A DNA stretch of 49,372 nucleotides from Escherichia phage Eco_BIFF: sequence record MH285980. One strand, written 5' to 3'. The translations under genes were made by a program, and so were the position numbers. How positions within the stretch are numbered: the stretch's first letter is position 1; each line of letters opens with the position of its first letter. Positions 38,632 through 46,667 of this stretch are shown here, piece by piece. Under the pieces are notes generated by a model. It was given only the letters and a program-made list of their open reading frames with translations, was not told the DNA's origin and did not search any database.

Positions 38632-38966
38632 TAATCAATATCGAACTCAGCGGCATACGCTTTCTTGAAGCCAGCTTCACGCATGGTACGCTTGCTTATT
38701 TTGCGCGGGAATTTGTACTGGCTGTTAGGCTTAACCCACCAGAAGCATGCAGTCTCGCGGACGATTTCATATTTACCGTAACGGGTGAAGATGTCACGTT
38801 CCGCGTCAGGCTGGTTAACACAGGTCAGGAATTTAGCCGCTTTGTCTTCAGTTTTGATTTCTTCCCATACGAAGGAATCCATGCCGTTAACCTTGCAAGC
38901 TACCATGATGTACTCAACGCCGTTTTCGATTTTGATGATTTCGTTACCGCGATTTTCGTATTTCAT
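38631..38966 (-). CDS. hypothetical early protein
   Basis: 111-aa ORF behind cassette 39005..39048; stop TAA abuts TAGCAC of the next element. Confidence 0.45.
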   Translation of the reverse strand: MKYENRGNEIIKIENGVEYIMVACKVNGMDSFVWEEIKTEDKAAKFLTCVNQPDAERDIFTRYGKYEIVRETACFWWVKPNSQYKFPRKISKRTMREAGFKKAYAAEFDID

Positions 38967-39004
38967 TTTCCTGCTACTGATGTGTATCTCGTTTCGATGA
39001 GGTA

Positions 39005-39048
39005 ATTATGCCAAATCGCACCGATCGAGTTTTAACAAAAAGTGCTAT
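39005..39048 (-). promoter_or_regulatory. promoter cassette (-10 TGGCATAAT)
   Basis: Minus-strand ATAGCACTTTTTGTTAAAAC + 18 bp + CATAAT; stop TAA of 39032..39736 lies inside; 32 nt before ATG 38966. Confidence 0.5.
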
Positions 39049-39736
39049 TTGCGATCGCTTTGAAAAATCCACGCGGCGACAGGGATCGTATCAGCTTAGT
39101 TTTGGCAGACTTGCCGCCCAGCTTGTTTTGCTGTGCAGAGTACCCGTCAGGCAGGTTTACAGGTTTTCTCTCCGGCATAACGAAGTCGTCAGAGGTCCAC
39201 AGACAAGTCTTCTTCGGGTAAGCATCGCGCGGCGCGATATACATCGGGAACCAGGGATGCGCGTCATTCTCAGGAAGATAGCCGCCATACTCCCAGGGAT
39301 TGAAGGAGTGATTTGGTTTTCTCCATGCAGATGACAGGACGCTCACCGGATTCTCAATTATGTAAGTCACGCCCATGCTATCGCCAATGTTCGCGGCAAT
39401 ACGGGCAGTAGCGACAGCTTTCTCCTGGAATAGCGGATCACGTTCACGCTTGCTGGCAAAATGGCGAGCACCACTAACAGCAAGGTCAGTGCATGGATGG
39501 AAGGCCATAATAAAATCCGGTTTGTCATACACACCCGCGATCGTATCACGTTCGAACTTCTCATCAATGAAGACGTTCACATACTCAATGTTCGGATGCT
39601 CTACCCTGGCGTTGTACTTTGCGTAATCTCCGTGATCGGCTCCGTCAAAGTTGAAGCACATCACCTTATGACCTTGCTTTGCCAGTTCATGGCCAGCAAG
39701 ACCGGAACCGTCGAATAGTGACCAAATTAATTTCAT
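39032..39736 (-). CDS. compact DNA (cytosine-5) methyltransferase-like protein
   Basis: C5-MTase-like motifs in order: FDGSGLAG, PC (HPCTDLAVSGA), ENP, C-terminal AIANS; only 234 aa, little room for a target-recognition domain. Confidence 0.45.
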   Translation of the reverse strand: MKLIWSLFDGSGLAGHELAKQGHKVMCFNFDGADHGDYAKYNARVEHPNIEYVNVFIDEKFERDTIAGVYDKPDFIMAFHPCTDLAVSGARHFASKRERDPLFQEKAVATARIAANIGDSMGVTYIIENPVSVLSSAWRKPNHSFNPWEYGGYLPENDAHPWFPMYIAPRDAYPKKTCLWTSDDFVMPERKPVNLPDGYSAQQNKLGGKSAKTKLIRSLSPRGFFKAIANSTFC

Positions 39737-39770
39737 TGTGACTTCCTCTTCTGATTGGTTGATGGCCCGA

Positions 39771-39814
39771 ACTATACCCTGTCAACCTGGTCGAGTCGTT
39801 AGCAAAAATGCTAT
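39771..39814 (-). promoter_or_regulatory. promoter cassette (-10 TATAGT); upstream of C5-MTase-like gene
   Basis: Minus-strand ATAGCATTTTTGCTAAC (N4 variant); motif-to-hexamer distance conserved; 28 nt before ATG 39736. Confidence 0.45.
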
Positions 39815-39999
39815 TCCAATAATTGCTCATTATTCCATCAATACTGGAATAGGTGGAATAATTTTGATTGTTATTGATTGCGAATGATGAAACGTGATTA
39901 TTGCATGGTGTGCAACAGTTGGTTGATTTGTTGCTGAGATTGCAATGATTGTGAGAGGGAGGATTTAGTGTTGCCCTGTTCGCCTGGTAGTCATCTCCA

Positions 40000-40019
40000 T
40001 TTTTAGCAAAAAGTGCTAT
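40000..40019 (-). repeat. copy of the 20-bp element without a properly spaced -10
   Basis: Minus-strand ATAGCACTTTTTGCTAAAAA at the edge of the AT-rich divergent region; hexamer at the cassette position is GAACAG. Confidence 0.35.
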
Positions 40020-40023
40020 CGAT

Positions 40024-40420
40024 TACACTTTAACTTGTCACGACTGTAATATTTGTCTAGAATCGCACTTGTGACAAAAATACACACTGTGACGCCTCAC
40101 AATATACATATAGATATATGTATATATATAATATATATAGTGTTTTTTTTATTTATATATAGATAATTATATTGTAATAGTTGTGTATAGCTGTCTTACA
40201 TTGTCTAGCGTACTGTTGGCATATTTCTATCTGCATGTTTATATATACAGTACTTTTTTGAGAGCCATATATTTCTATAGTGGCTATAGACAGCTAGACA
40301 AATGTTACACGGCTTAAAATTGGCTCGCAGGCATTGACAGCTCTACATCGCGATGTCACAATGGCAATTGTTGACACATTATGACACCATTTACACACGA
40401 ATAGACAAAGAGGATATATT
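40024..40420. promoter_or_regulatory. AT-rich divergent control region with TGTGACA/TGTCACA/CTAGACA repeats
   Basis: Repeated TGTGACA, TGTCACA, TGTCTAGA words and (TA)n tracts between leftward and rightward early clusters; TTGACA boxes at 40334 and 40371. Confidence 0.5.
40334..40362 (+). promoter_or_regulatory. sigma70-type promoter for the first rightward early gene
   Basis: TTGACA, 17-bp spacer, CACAAT; second TTGACA at 40371..40376. Confidence 0.45.
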
Positions 40421-40936
40421 ATGAGCAATACCAGTCAGGAGTTAAAAATCACCGATATGATTCGCCTAACCTGCGATGCAATGTACCGCGACAAAGGCAT
40501 GAATGAGTTCTCTTTCGTGGCTGATGATATGGCCCTCGAGGCCGCGCGATTCTACTTCCGTGACCAGGAGGTAAGTGATGACGATCTTGAATCTGCCGCT
40601 GCCGGATGGGTGGACCAGAACCAGGGGGAGGTAGAGAAGCGATTCAAGTCCGCTTTCATCACTCCGATCATTACCAGGCACTTTTGCAAGTATGGCAAGG
40701 TGGCAAAGGTGAAGGTAGGCCGGAATGACGCTGCAATCACAATGATAACGGTTATCGTTACCGACGAAGAGGTTCCCGTGAAGAAGCGCCGCAGTCGGAA
40801 AAAAGTTAGCCTGGCCGATTGCCTGGATTCGTTTGTGGTTGATGTGGGCAAACTGGCTGATAGCGAATTGATGACTCGTGACGTAAACGAGATCGTTCGC
40901 CAGATGAAAGCGCATATCGAAAAGTGTGGACTGTAA
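40421..40936 (+). CDS. hypothetical early protein (first rightward early gene)
   Basis: 171-aa ORF with RBS AAGAGG behind sigma70-like promoter 40334..40362; GC-richer than neighbours. Confidence 0.45.
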   Translation: MSNTSQELKITDMIRLTCDAMYRDKGMNEFSFVADDMALEAARFYFRDQEVSDDDLESAAAGWVDQNQGEVEKRFKSAFITPIITRHFCKYGKVAKVKVGRNDAAITMITVIVTDEEVPVKKRRSRKKVSLADCLDSFVVDVGKLADSELMTRDVNEIVRQMKAHIEKCGL

Positions 40937-40939
40937 GAG

Positions 40940-41188
40940 GTGATGACCATGAGCAAGATTAAGTACGACGCTCTGAAAGGTGTATTAATGCAACTAAATC
41001 CAGGCGAAGCATTTCAGCTTAACCCCGAGACTTTTGGATTCAATGGTGATTATCGTACAACCTTCGAATTTGTCCGGTATGTAAAGAAGGAGTTTGGATT
41101 CGAAGTTATTCACGCAGGTCTTGTCAGTGGCATTCAGACGTTCATCTTTAAGCCAAATGAGATTCGCTGCTTCACTTTGATGAAATAG
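40940..41188 (+). CDS. hypothetical early protein
   Basis: 82-aa ORF; stop TAG lies inside element 41185..41204. Confidence 0.45.
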   Translation: MMTMSKIKYDALKGVLMQLNPGEAFQLNPETFGFNGDYRTTFEFVRYVKKEFGFEVIHAGLVSGIQTFIFKPNEIRCFTLMK

Positions 41189-41228
41189 CACTTTTTGTTA
41201 AAACCGGATCGGGATAACCTGGTATAGT
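41185..41228 (+). promoter_or_regulatory. promoter cassette (-10 TGGTATAGT)
   Basis: ATAGCACTTTTTGTTAAAAC + 18 bp + TATAGT; 25 nt before ATG 41260. Confidence 0.55.
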
Positions 41229-41259
41229 AACCCCATCGACAACGAACGAGGATACAAAC

Positions 41260-41748
41260 ATGAAAATCAAATTACTTTGCACTGGCGGTTACAAAGGCTT
41301 TACCCGCGACCTTGAAGCGGACCCTATCGTGGTTGATGCGGTTAAGTGCGATTCCAGCACTGGAGGCTACCGCGTTAAGGTTGACGATCTTATTAAAGCT
41401 GGCGTGTACGATCTTGACTACGGACTTTCTGTTAGCCCTGTATTTGGTCCGGCTGACTTCAACGAGAAAGACGGAACGATGTTCTTTTTTGAATGGGAAG
41501 TTCAAGCGAACGTCAAGCCGCGCAAGGTTCGACTTCTCAGTAATGGCGGCTACCCTATGCGTCCAGGTTATGAGAATCGCACGTTCCCGGTTATCGTTGA
41601 CTTTGAAGAAATCACCGAGCACTTAGCTTATATCAACGGTGAACAGCTTAATGCTGTTGGATTCGTGGGAGGTATGAATCAAGAGGCGCTATGCTTCTTC
41701 CATTGTAAAGCCGATCCGTTCGATATTGAGTGTGAGTTAGTCTACTAA
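41260..41748 (+). CDS. hypothetical early protein
   Basis: 162-aa ORF 25 nt behind cassette -10; stop TAA inside next element. Confidence 0.45.
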   Translation: MKIKLLCTGGYKGFTRDLEADPIVVDAVKCDSSTGGYRVKVDDLIKAGVYDLDYGLSVSPVFGPADFNEKDGTMFFFEWEVQANVKPRKVRLLSNGGYPMRPGYENRTFPVIVDFEEITEHLAYINGEQLNAVGFVGGMNQEALCFFHCKADPFDIECELVY

Positions 41749-41789
41749 GCACGAATTGTTAAAAGGGGATTTGTCCTGAATGGTATAAT
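41746..41789 (+). promoter_or_regulatory. promoter cassette (-10 TGGTATAAT)
   Basis: TAAGCACGAATTGTTAAAAG + 18 bp + TATAAT inside hairpin GGGGATT/AATCCCC; 24 nt before ATG 41820. Confidence 0.55.
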
Positions 41790-41819
41790 CCCCACATCAA
41801 CCACTAAAAGGAAATCATC

Positions 41820-42326
41820 ATGTTAAAATTAGAAGACGTAAAATTCCCGATTAAGTTTATCAGCCTGGGTTGCGGTGAAATTACATTCGCCAGTGAAGAT
41901 AAGGGCAAATGGGCCACTGATGAGGTGTCTCAGCTTAAGTTGGATTGGTTTATCGCCAGACATAACGAAGTGAATAAAGAAAATTCACCAAACAAGGACT
42001 ACCACTACATTATGAGTGGCGATCTGGGTGCGAAAGGCATGTTTGATGGCTGGAAGATTGAACGCTCCATATTTCACTTCGCAAAGCCAGAAATTAAGCC
42101 TATGCTGCAATGCACTCAGATCGAGAACATGCCATTGAGCGCGACGCTAAAAGGAGTGCAGCTTGATGATAAATCATGGCTTGAAATCACCGCCACGCCG
42201 AAAGCTATTGAAGTGCACGACGATATCGTCACTCTTCTATTGCATTATGGCGGCTTCAAACACAAAACGGTATCAGGTGAAATCAGTATTAAGCGCGGAA
42301 CGCTTGTACGCTATGAGGTGAAATAA
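41820..42326 (+). CDS. hypothetical early protein
   Basis: 168-aa ORF, RBS AAAGGAAA, behind cassette 41746..41789. Confidence 0.45.
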   Translation: MLKLEDVKFPIKFISLGCGEITFASEDKGKWATDEVSQLKLDWFIARHNEVNKENSPNKDYHYIMSGDLGAKGMFDGWKIERSIFHFAKPEIKPMLQCTQIENMPLSATLKGVQLDDKSWLEITATPKAIEVHDDIVTLLLHYGGFKHKTVSGEISIKRGTLVRYEVK

Positions 42327-42475
42327 TGACGGCGTGGATTTTAATTATCTTGATGAGTACCGGGCCGGATCACGTATACATGGAGAGCCAACAATCATGC
42401 AATAAGGCACGGGAAGTTATCGCAGAGAATAAGCCGTTCGGGTACGAAGTTAAAACAATGTGCGTTAAACGATAG
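42326..42475 (+). CDS. small hydrophobic protein (49 aa)
   Basis: ATG overlaps upstream stop (TAATG); N-terminal hydrophobic segment; stop TAG inside element 42472..42491. Confidence 0.3.
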   Translation: MTAWILIILMSTGPDHVYMESQQSCNKAREVIAENKPFGYEVKTMCVKR

Positions 42476-42515
42476 CACGAATTGCTAAACCTTCCGCAAG
42501 GCCATTTGATATAGT
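42472..42515 (+). promoter_or_regulatory. promoter cassette (-10 TGATATAGT)
   Basis: ATAGCACGAATTGCTAAACC + 18 bp + TATAGT in loop of hairpin AAGGCCA/TGGCCTT. Confidence 0.55.
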
Positions 42516-42578
42516 GGCCTTATTGAAGAAAAGCAACCAATCAGGCTGGATGCCGCATAATTTAATTAGGTTTTATCT

Positions 42579-42812
42579 ATGATTATCGTCAACAAAGAAA
42601 CTGGAGAGGTAATGGAGAATTGCATCATCATAGAAGAATCACCAAAACCAAAGCACAAGCATGATACTTACAGAAAGGTCACTTGCAAGGCTCCGGGGTG
42701 TGGTAATGCATACGATGCAAAAGTGTCCGATCTAAATCGCGGGTGGGGATTAACTTGCAGCAAGTCGTGTGCCGCCGTCGTTCGTGAATTAAAGAAGAAA
42801 GGGAATATATAA
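42579..42812 (+). CDS. small zinc-ribbon-like protein
   Basis: 77 aa with paired Cys motifs (CKAPGC ... CSKSC). Confidence 0.4.
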   Translation: MIIVNKETGEVMENCIIIEESPKPKHKHDTYRKVTCKAPGCGNAYDAKVSDLNRGWGLTCSKSCAAVVRELKKKGNI

Positions 42813-42961
42813 TGGCTACACGACTCACTCAGTGGCAGATTTACGACAAGGCATCACTCCTACGCGAATCACTTCGCGGATTGACACCGAACGACAGAAT
42901 GGAGATTATCGGGCACGCATTGCACGAACTCACGTCTCAGGACGTAATCTATCATTCATGA
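42812..42961 (+). CDS. small hypothetical protein (49 aa)
   Basis: ATG overlaps upstream stop (TAATG); RBS AAGGGAA. Confidence 0.3.
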   Translation: MATRLTQWQIYDKASLLRESLRGLTPNDRMEIIGHALHELTSQDVIYHS

Positions 42962-43001
42962 GGCAATAAATTCTGGAACGTGACATTCGAGGTAAAGAAA
43001 G

Positions 43002-43289
43002 ATGAGCAAAACTCATAAGTTAAAAATCGCCCCGGTACATTTCATTGGTGTAATGAACGGAACCAAAACGGCAGAGTTCCGCGTCAATGACCGAAACTTC
43101 CAGGTTGGTGATATCCTTGAGCTACGAGAGTTCGATCGCGATGAGTTTACCGGTTGGGAGGTTCACGCCAGGGTATCCGATGTTACAGACGTGACGCCAC
43201 ACATCAATCGCGGGTATGACGATCAAGGATGCGACTTCACGCAATACGTGATGTTATCAATCAAGCCTTACAGGAAGATTAGACCATGA
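43002..43289 (+). CDS. ASCH-like (DUF3850-type) PUA-fold protein
   Basis: KLKIAPVHFIGVMNGTKTAEFRVNDRNFQVGDILELRE matches the DUF3850/ASCH pattern recalled from memory. Confidence 0.5.
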   Translation: MSKTHKLKIAPVHFIGVMNGTKTAEFRVNDRNFQVGDILELREFDRDEFTGWEVHARVSDVTDVTPHINRGYDDQGCDFTQYVMLSIKPYRKIRP

Positions 43290-43924
43290 AATTTGAATGC
43301 GTATCGAGTAGCGGATCGGGGTTTAAGTGGGGGAAAACTTACAAAGGCGCTCGCGTCAATGACGACAGTTTTATCATTATTGATGAGAGCGGTTGCAATG
43401 TGAACGTTGTCCGGCGTCACGAACACCAAGAAATATTCCTGCCGTATGGCGGTAGCTCAAAATATATCTTCCATCGAATCGTAGATGGTGTTAAATTTAA
43501 AGACGTAATCGAAGCAATCAACCAACTGCATAATAAAGAGGTAAAATTTATGAAATTCGAATGTATCAGTGATAACACCAAAAAATTTACCGTTGGCAAA
43601 ATCTACGACGTGCCTACTGAGCACGCAAAGCACACTGTAGCGCTGACCGACGACACGGGCCGCCACCGAATTGCAACCGTAACTCACAATGGCGAAGGCC
43701 TTCGCTGGAACAGCGGCGGCACTAAGTTCGCAACGTTCGGCAGGAAGCGCAAGCGCACTTTCAGCGTCAATGGCAATGTTGCAGCTAACAAGATCCACAA
43801 CGTCAAGCCGTCGGAAGTTGACCGTAAGCCAGCGCTGAAGTTTGAAGAGAAGGCGGATTTGTCTGGCCTGGCTGTGGCGATTGTTCTCCTGGTAGCTGCG
43901 ATTTCGCTGATGTTCATCATGTAA
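43286..43924 (+). CDS. membrane-anchored protein with internal tandem duplication
   Basis: Two ~85-aa repeats each starting MKFEC(V/I)S, internal RBS AAGAGG before the second; C-terminal TMD. Confidence 0.45.
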   Translation: MKFECVSSSGSGFKWGKTYKGARVNDDSFIIIDESGCNVNVVRRHEHQEIFLPYGGSSKYIFHRIVDGVKFKDVIEAINQLHNKEVKFMKFECISDNTKKFTVGKIYDVPTEHAKHTVALTDDTGRHRIATVTHNGEGLRWNSGGTKFATFGRKRKRTFSVNGNVAANKIHNVKPSEVDRKPALKFEEKADLSGLAVAIVLLVAAISLMFIM

Positions 43925-43977
43925 TTTTAACGGGGAATCTGCTCTGAGCGGTTCCCCTTTCTTTTGGAGAAAGAACT

Positions 43978-44088
43978 ATGCCAGACTTTTCTAACTGGAA
44001 TAACGAGCCGCCATCATTTCATGAGTTGCTATTTTGCCTACTGATCCTGACATTATCTCTTAAGGGTGTTTTATGGCTACTATCATGA
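43978..44088 (+). CDS. small hydrophobic peptide (36 aa)
   Basis: RBS GGAGAAAG after terminator-like hairpin 43931..43962; hydrophobic LLFCLLILTLSL; overlaps next gene start. Confidence 0.25.
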   Translation: MPDFSNWNNEPPSFHELLFCLLILTLSLKGVLWLLS

Positions 44089-44288
44089 CAGCAGAAGATG
44101 CAGCACGCGACGCAGTGGAAGGAATGCGCCCAAATACCTCCAGAATCTCCCACTACTACAAATTTGATGTGTCGGCAGTGCAATTGGTCCACGAAATTTT
44201 AAGGCTCCCACAAGTCGATTCAGCGCGCGTGGTGACGTGCTTAAAAAATTATTTTTGCATCACTGTTAAAACGAATAGCACGAATTGA
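44073..44288 (+). CDS. hypothetical early protein
   Basis: 71-aa ORF with RBS AAGGGTG; stop TGA inside element 44275..44294. Confidence 0.4.
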   Translation: MATIMTAEDAARDAVEGMRPNTSRISHYYKFDVSAVQLVHEILRLPQVDSARVVTCLKNYFCITVKTNSTN

Positions 44289-44318
44289 TAAAACCTATCA
44301 AGGGGAATGCGCTATGAT
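44275..44318 (+). promoter_or_regulatory. promoter cassette (-10 TATGAT)
   Basis: ATAGCACGAATTGATAAAAC + 18 bp + TATGAT in hairpin GGGGAAT/ATTCCCC; 24 nt before ATG 44349. Confidence 0.5.
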
Positions 44319-44348
44319 TCCCCTACACCAACAAACGAGGAAGCACTC

Positions 44349-44795
44349 ATGAAACACTTAATTTGCATTGAAACGCCTAACGATGAATACACTCTGCACG
44401 GCATTGGAATGTTCAAAGGTCACTACATGACAGCGAGCATTTACGATGCTCGTCGCGGCGATGGCGATCTGATGATTACGTCAAGAGAAGTAAATCCGTA
44501 CATTATGCAGAATCTTGGCGATAACGAATATATGGCCTACGGCTGCAACGCGGTGTACAAGCACATTAAGATCCGCAAGCATGTTGTGCGTGCATTCAAG
44601 AAAATTGCAATGAAATACTGGAAGATGAGCAAGAAGGATGCCGGACGCTGGGCGCGTAACGTTGCAGATTCATACTTCTACCGTAACGGTGAGTCCTGCT
44701 ACTTCCTGGTCGATGAAATTATGGAAAACTACGGCGGCGACTTCAGTCAGTGTAGCTTTGACGCTTGGGCTGACTATGAGATCAGTTGCTGGTAA
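44349..44795 (+). CDS. hypothetical early protein
   Basis: Start set at ATG 44349 (RBS GAGGAAG); track start 44307 lies inside the promoter cassette. Confidence 0.45.
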   Translation: MKHLICIETPNDEYTLHGIGMFKGHYMTASIYDARRGDGDLMITSREVNPYIMQNLGDNEYMAYGCNAVYKHIKIRKHVVRAFKKIAMKYWKMSKKDAGRWARNVADSYFYRNGESCYFLVDEIMENYGGDFSQCSFDAWADYEISCW

Positions 44796-44838
44796 TAGCA
44801 CTAATTGCTAAAACTTGCTCAAGGGTATTTGATAGAAT
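44795..44838 (+). promoter_or_regulatory. promoter cassette (-10 TGATAGAAT)
   Basis: ATAGCACTAATTGCTAAAAC + 18 bp + TAGAAT in hairpin AAGGGTA/TGCCCTT; 33 nt before ATG 44878. Confidence 0.55.
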
Positions 44839-44877
44839 GCCCTTCGTTGAGTTAAGCAACCAATCAGAGGAATCACT

Positions 44878-45081
44878 ATGAAAACTATTACCGGAATGAG
44901 CAACGAAACGAGAACGCAGATCGTTAGCATGCTAATCGGCATGGCTGACGATATTCAGAATAGCCATGTCGTTATTGATTCATGCAATCAGACTCGTGAG
45001 AGTAAATTTGAATCATCCGGCTACAAAATTGTTGAAGAAGAATTAACCATCAAAATCATTCGCGTACAGGAGAAAGCATAA
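44878..45081 (+). CDS. hypothetical early protein
   Basis: 67-aa ORF with RBS AGAGGAA behind cassette 44795..44838. Confidence 0.45.
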   Translation: MKTITGMSNETRTQIVSMLIGMADDIQNSHVVIDSCNQTRESKFESSGYKIVEEELTIKIIRVQEKA

Positions 45082-45611
45082 TGGATAAAATCACAATTTG
45101 GGGTCAGAAAATCAACCTGTTTCTCGGCACGCGCCGCGTAGCAATCTTTGACTTTGACGGGACGCTGAGTGAAGGATCTGGTCGACTTCACCTGTTACCG
45201 ACAAAAGATTTGCACTTGACTGAAAGCTGGTCTGAGTTTAACCGTGCGGCAATATTTGACAACCCTATCCAAAGCACGATCGACGTGATGAACTCTATGT
45301 TTGCCGCTGGATATCATGTAATAATTTTAACCGGGCGAAGTGATGAGGTGCGTTACGCATCTGAGTTATGGCTTAAGCATCACGGCGCTCGATATGATTA
45401 CTTAGTCATGCGACCGCACACCGACAACCGTAAAGACACGGTAATGAAAGAAGAGGCAGTGCGCGCGATCGGCATTGATAACATTCTGGCGGCTTGGGAT
45501 GACTCAGTGAATATAATAAAAAAATTCAGAGAGCTAGGAATAACCACGTATCAGGTTTGTGAATATGCCTGTAATAGTCGAGAGGATTTAAAAAGTCATG
45601 GTGTCGATTGA
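45081..45611 (+). CDS. HAD-superfamily phosphatase
   Basis: HAD motif I FDFDGTL and downstream motifs (ILTGRSD, W-DD); RBS GGAGAAAG. Confidence 0.6.
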   Translation: MDKITIWGQKINLFLGTRRVAIFDFDGTLSEGSGRLHLLPTKDLHLTESWSEFNRAAIFDNPIQSTIDVMNSMFAAGYHVIILTGRSDEVRYASELWLKHHGARYDYLVMRPHTDNRKDTVMKEEAVRAIGIDNILAAWDDSVNIIKKFRELGITTYQVCEYACNSREDLKSHGVD

Positions 45612-46092
45612 TAACAAATCAAGGGTAAGAGAGTTATTTACTTATTCTGACGGCGTTCTGTATTGGAAAGCTAAATCATCTAAATACAGTAGAGCTAAAA
45701 TAGGAGGAGCGGCAGGAAGCAAGGATAAAGACGGATACATAATAATCAGAGTAAGAAGCGAAACTAGAGGCGCTCACAGGCTTGTATGGATATACCATAA
45801 TGGTAAGATACCGAATGGAATGGAGGTAGACCATATGGATGGAGACATAAAAAACAATAGAATAGAAAACCTAAGATTGGTAACGAGAACCATAAATAAC
45901 AGGAATCAAAAAAAGAGATTTGATAACACAACCGGAGTATCCGGTGTAACTTTCATGAAAGATAGAGGAAAGTATAGGGCGCAAGTTAGAAATAAGAAAC
46001 TCGGGCAATTCGACACAATAGAAGAGGCCGCTCAAGCCGTAAATTATGAGCGTGATAGATTAGGTTTATTCACAAAAAGACACGGAGTATAA
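45598..46092 (+). CDS. HNH homing endonuclease (HNH + AP2-like domain)
   Basis: EVDHMDGDIKNNRIENLRLVTR motif plus AP2-like GKYRAQVRNKKLGQF; AGA/ATA-rich codons; paralogue of 36018..36503. Confidence 0.7.
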   Translation: MVSIDNKSRVRELFTYSDGVLYWKAKSSKYSRAKIGGAAGSKDKDGYIIIRVRSETRGAHRLVWIYHNGKIPNGMEVDHMDGDIKNNRIENLRLVTRTINNRNQKKRFDNTTGVSGVTFMKDRGKYRAQVRNKKLGQFDTIEEAAQAVNYERDRLGLFTKRHGV

Positions 46093-46094
46093 AC

Positions 46095-46667
46095 ATGAAA
46101 ACAGCTATCATTTTAAACGGAGCACCTGGCGCAGGAAAAGACACTATCGGATGCATCCTGGCTGACACTTACGATCATGTAGCGCTACGCAGCTTCAAAG
46201 CGCCAATGTTTGAGATTGCCAGAGCAATCCTGGGTGAGGCTAATTTCGAGTATTTCATGTTCTTGTATGAGGACCGTCGCTATAAAGAAGAGCCAGCATC
46301 AATCCTGAACGGTAAAAGCCCGCGCCAGTTTATGATCTGGATTAGCGAGGAAGTCATCAAGCCGCAGTTCGGAAATCGCTTCTTCGGTATGCGAGCGGAA
46401 AGCAAGGTGAAAGAGTCGCACTCCCTTTCGGTATTTACTGATGGTGGATTCAAAGACGAAATCTTGCAGATGATTGAAGGTGATATCCAAGTCAAGCTAT
46501 GTCGAATACATCGCAACGGTTGCAACTTCGATAATGACAGTCGAGACTATATCTACCTGGACGATATGATCGGGGTTAACGGCTATCAGGAGTGTGACTT
46601 CTTCTCTGTCGAAGGTCATCCAGAAATTACCGCTCATCACATAGCCGCCACGTTCATCAATAAATAG
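46095..46667 (+). CDS. P-loop nucleotide kinase (dNMP-kinase-like)
   Basis: Walker A GAPGAGKDT at N-terminus, 190 aa; RBS GGAG; stop TAG inside element 46664..46683. Confidence 0.55.
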   Translation: MKTAIILNGAPGAGKDTIGCILADTYDHVALRSFKAPMFEIARAILGEANFEYFMFLYEDRRYKEEPASILNGKSPRQFMIWISEEVIKPQFGNRFFGMRAESKVKESHSLSVFTDGGFKDEILQMIEGDIQVKLCRIHRNGCNFDNDSRDYIYLDDMIGVNGYQECDFFSVEGHPEITAHHIAATFINK

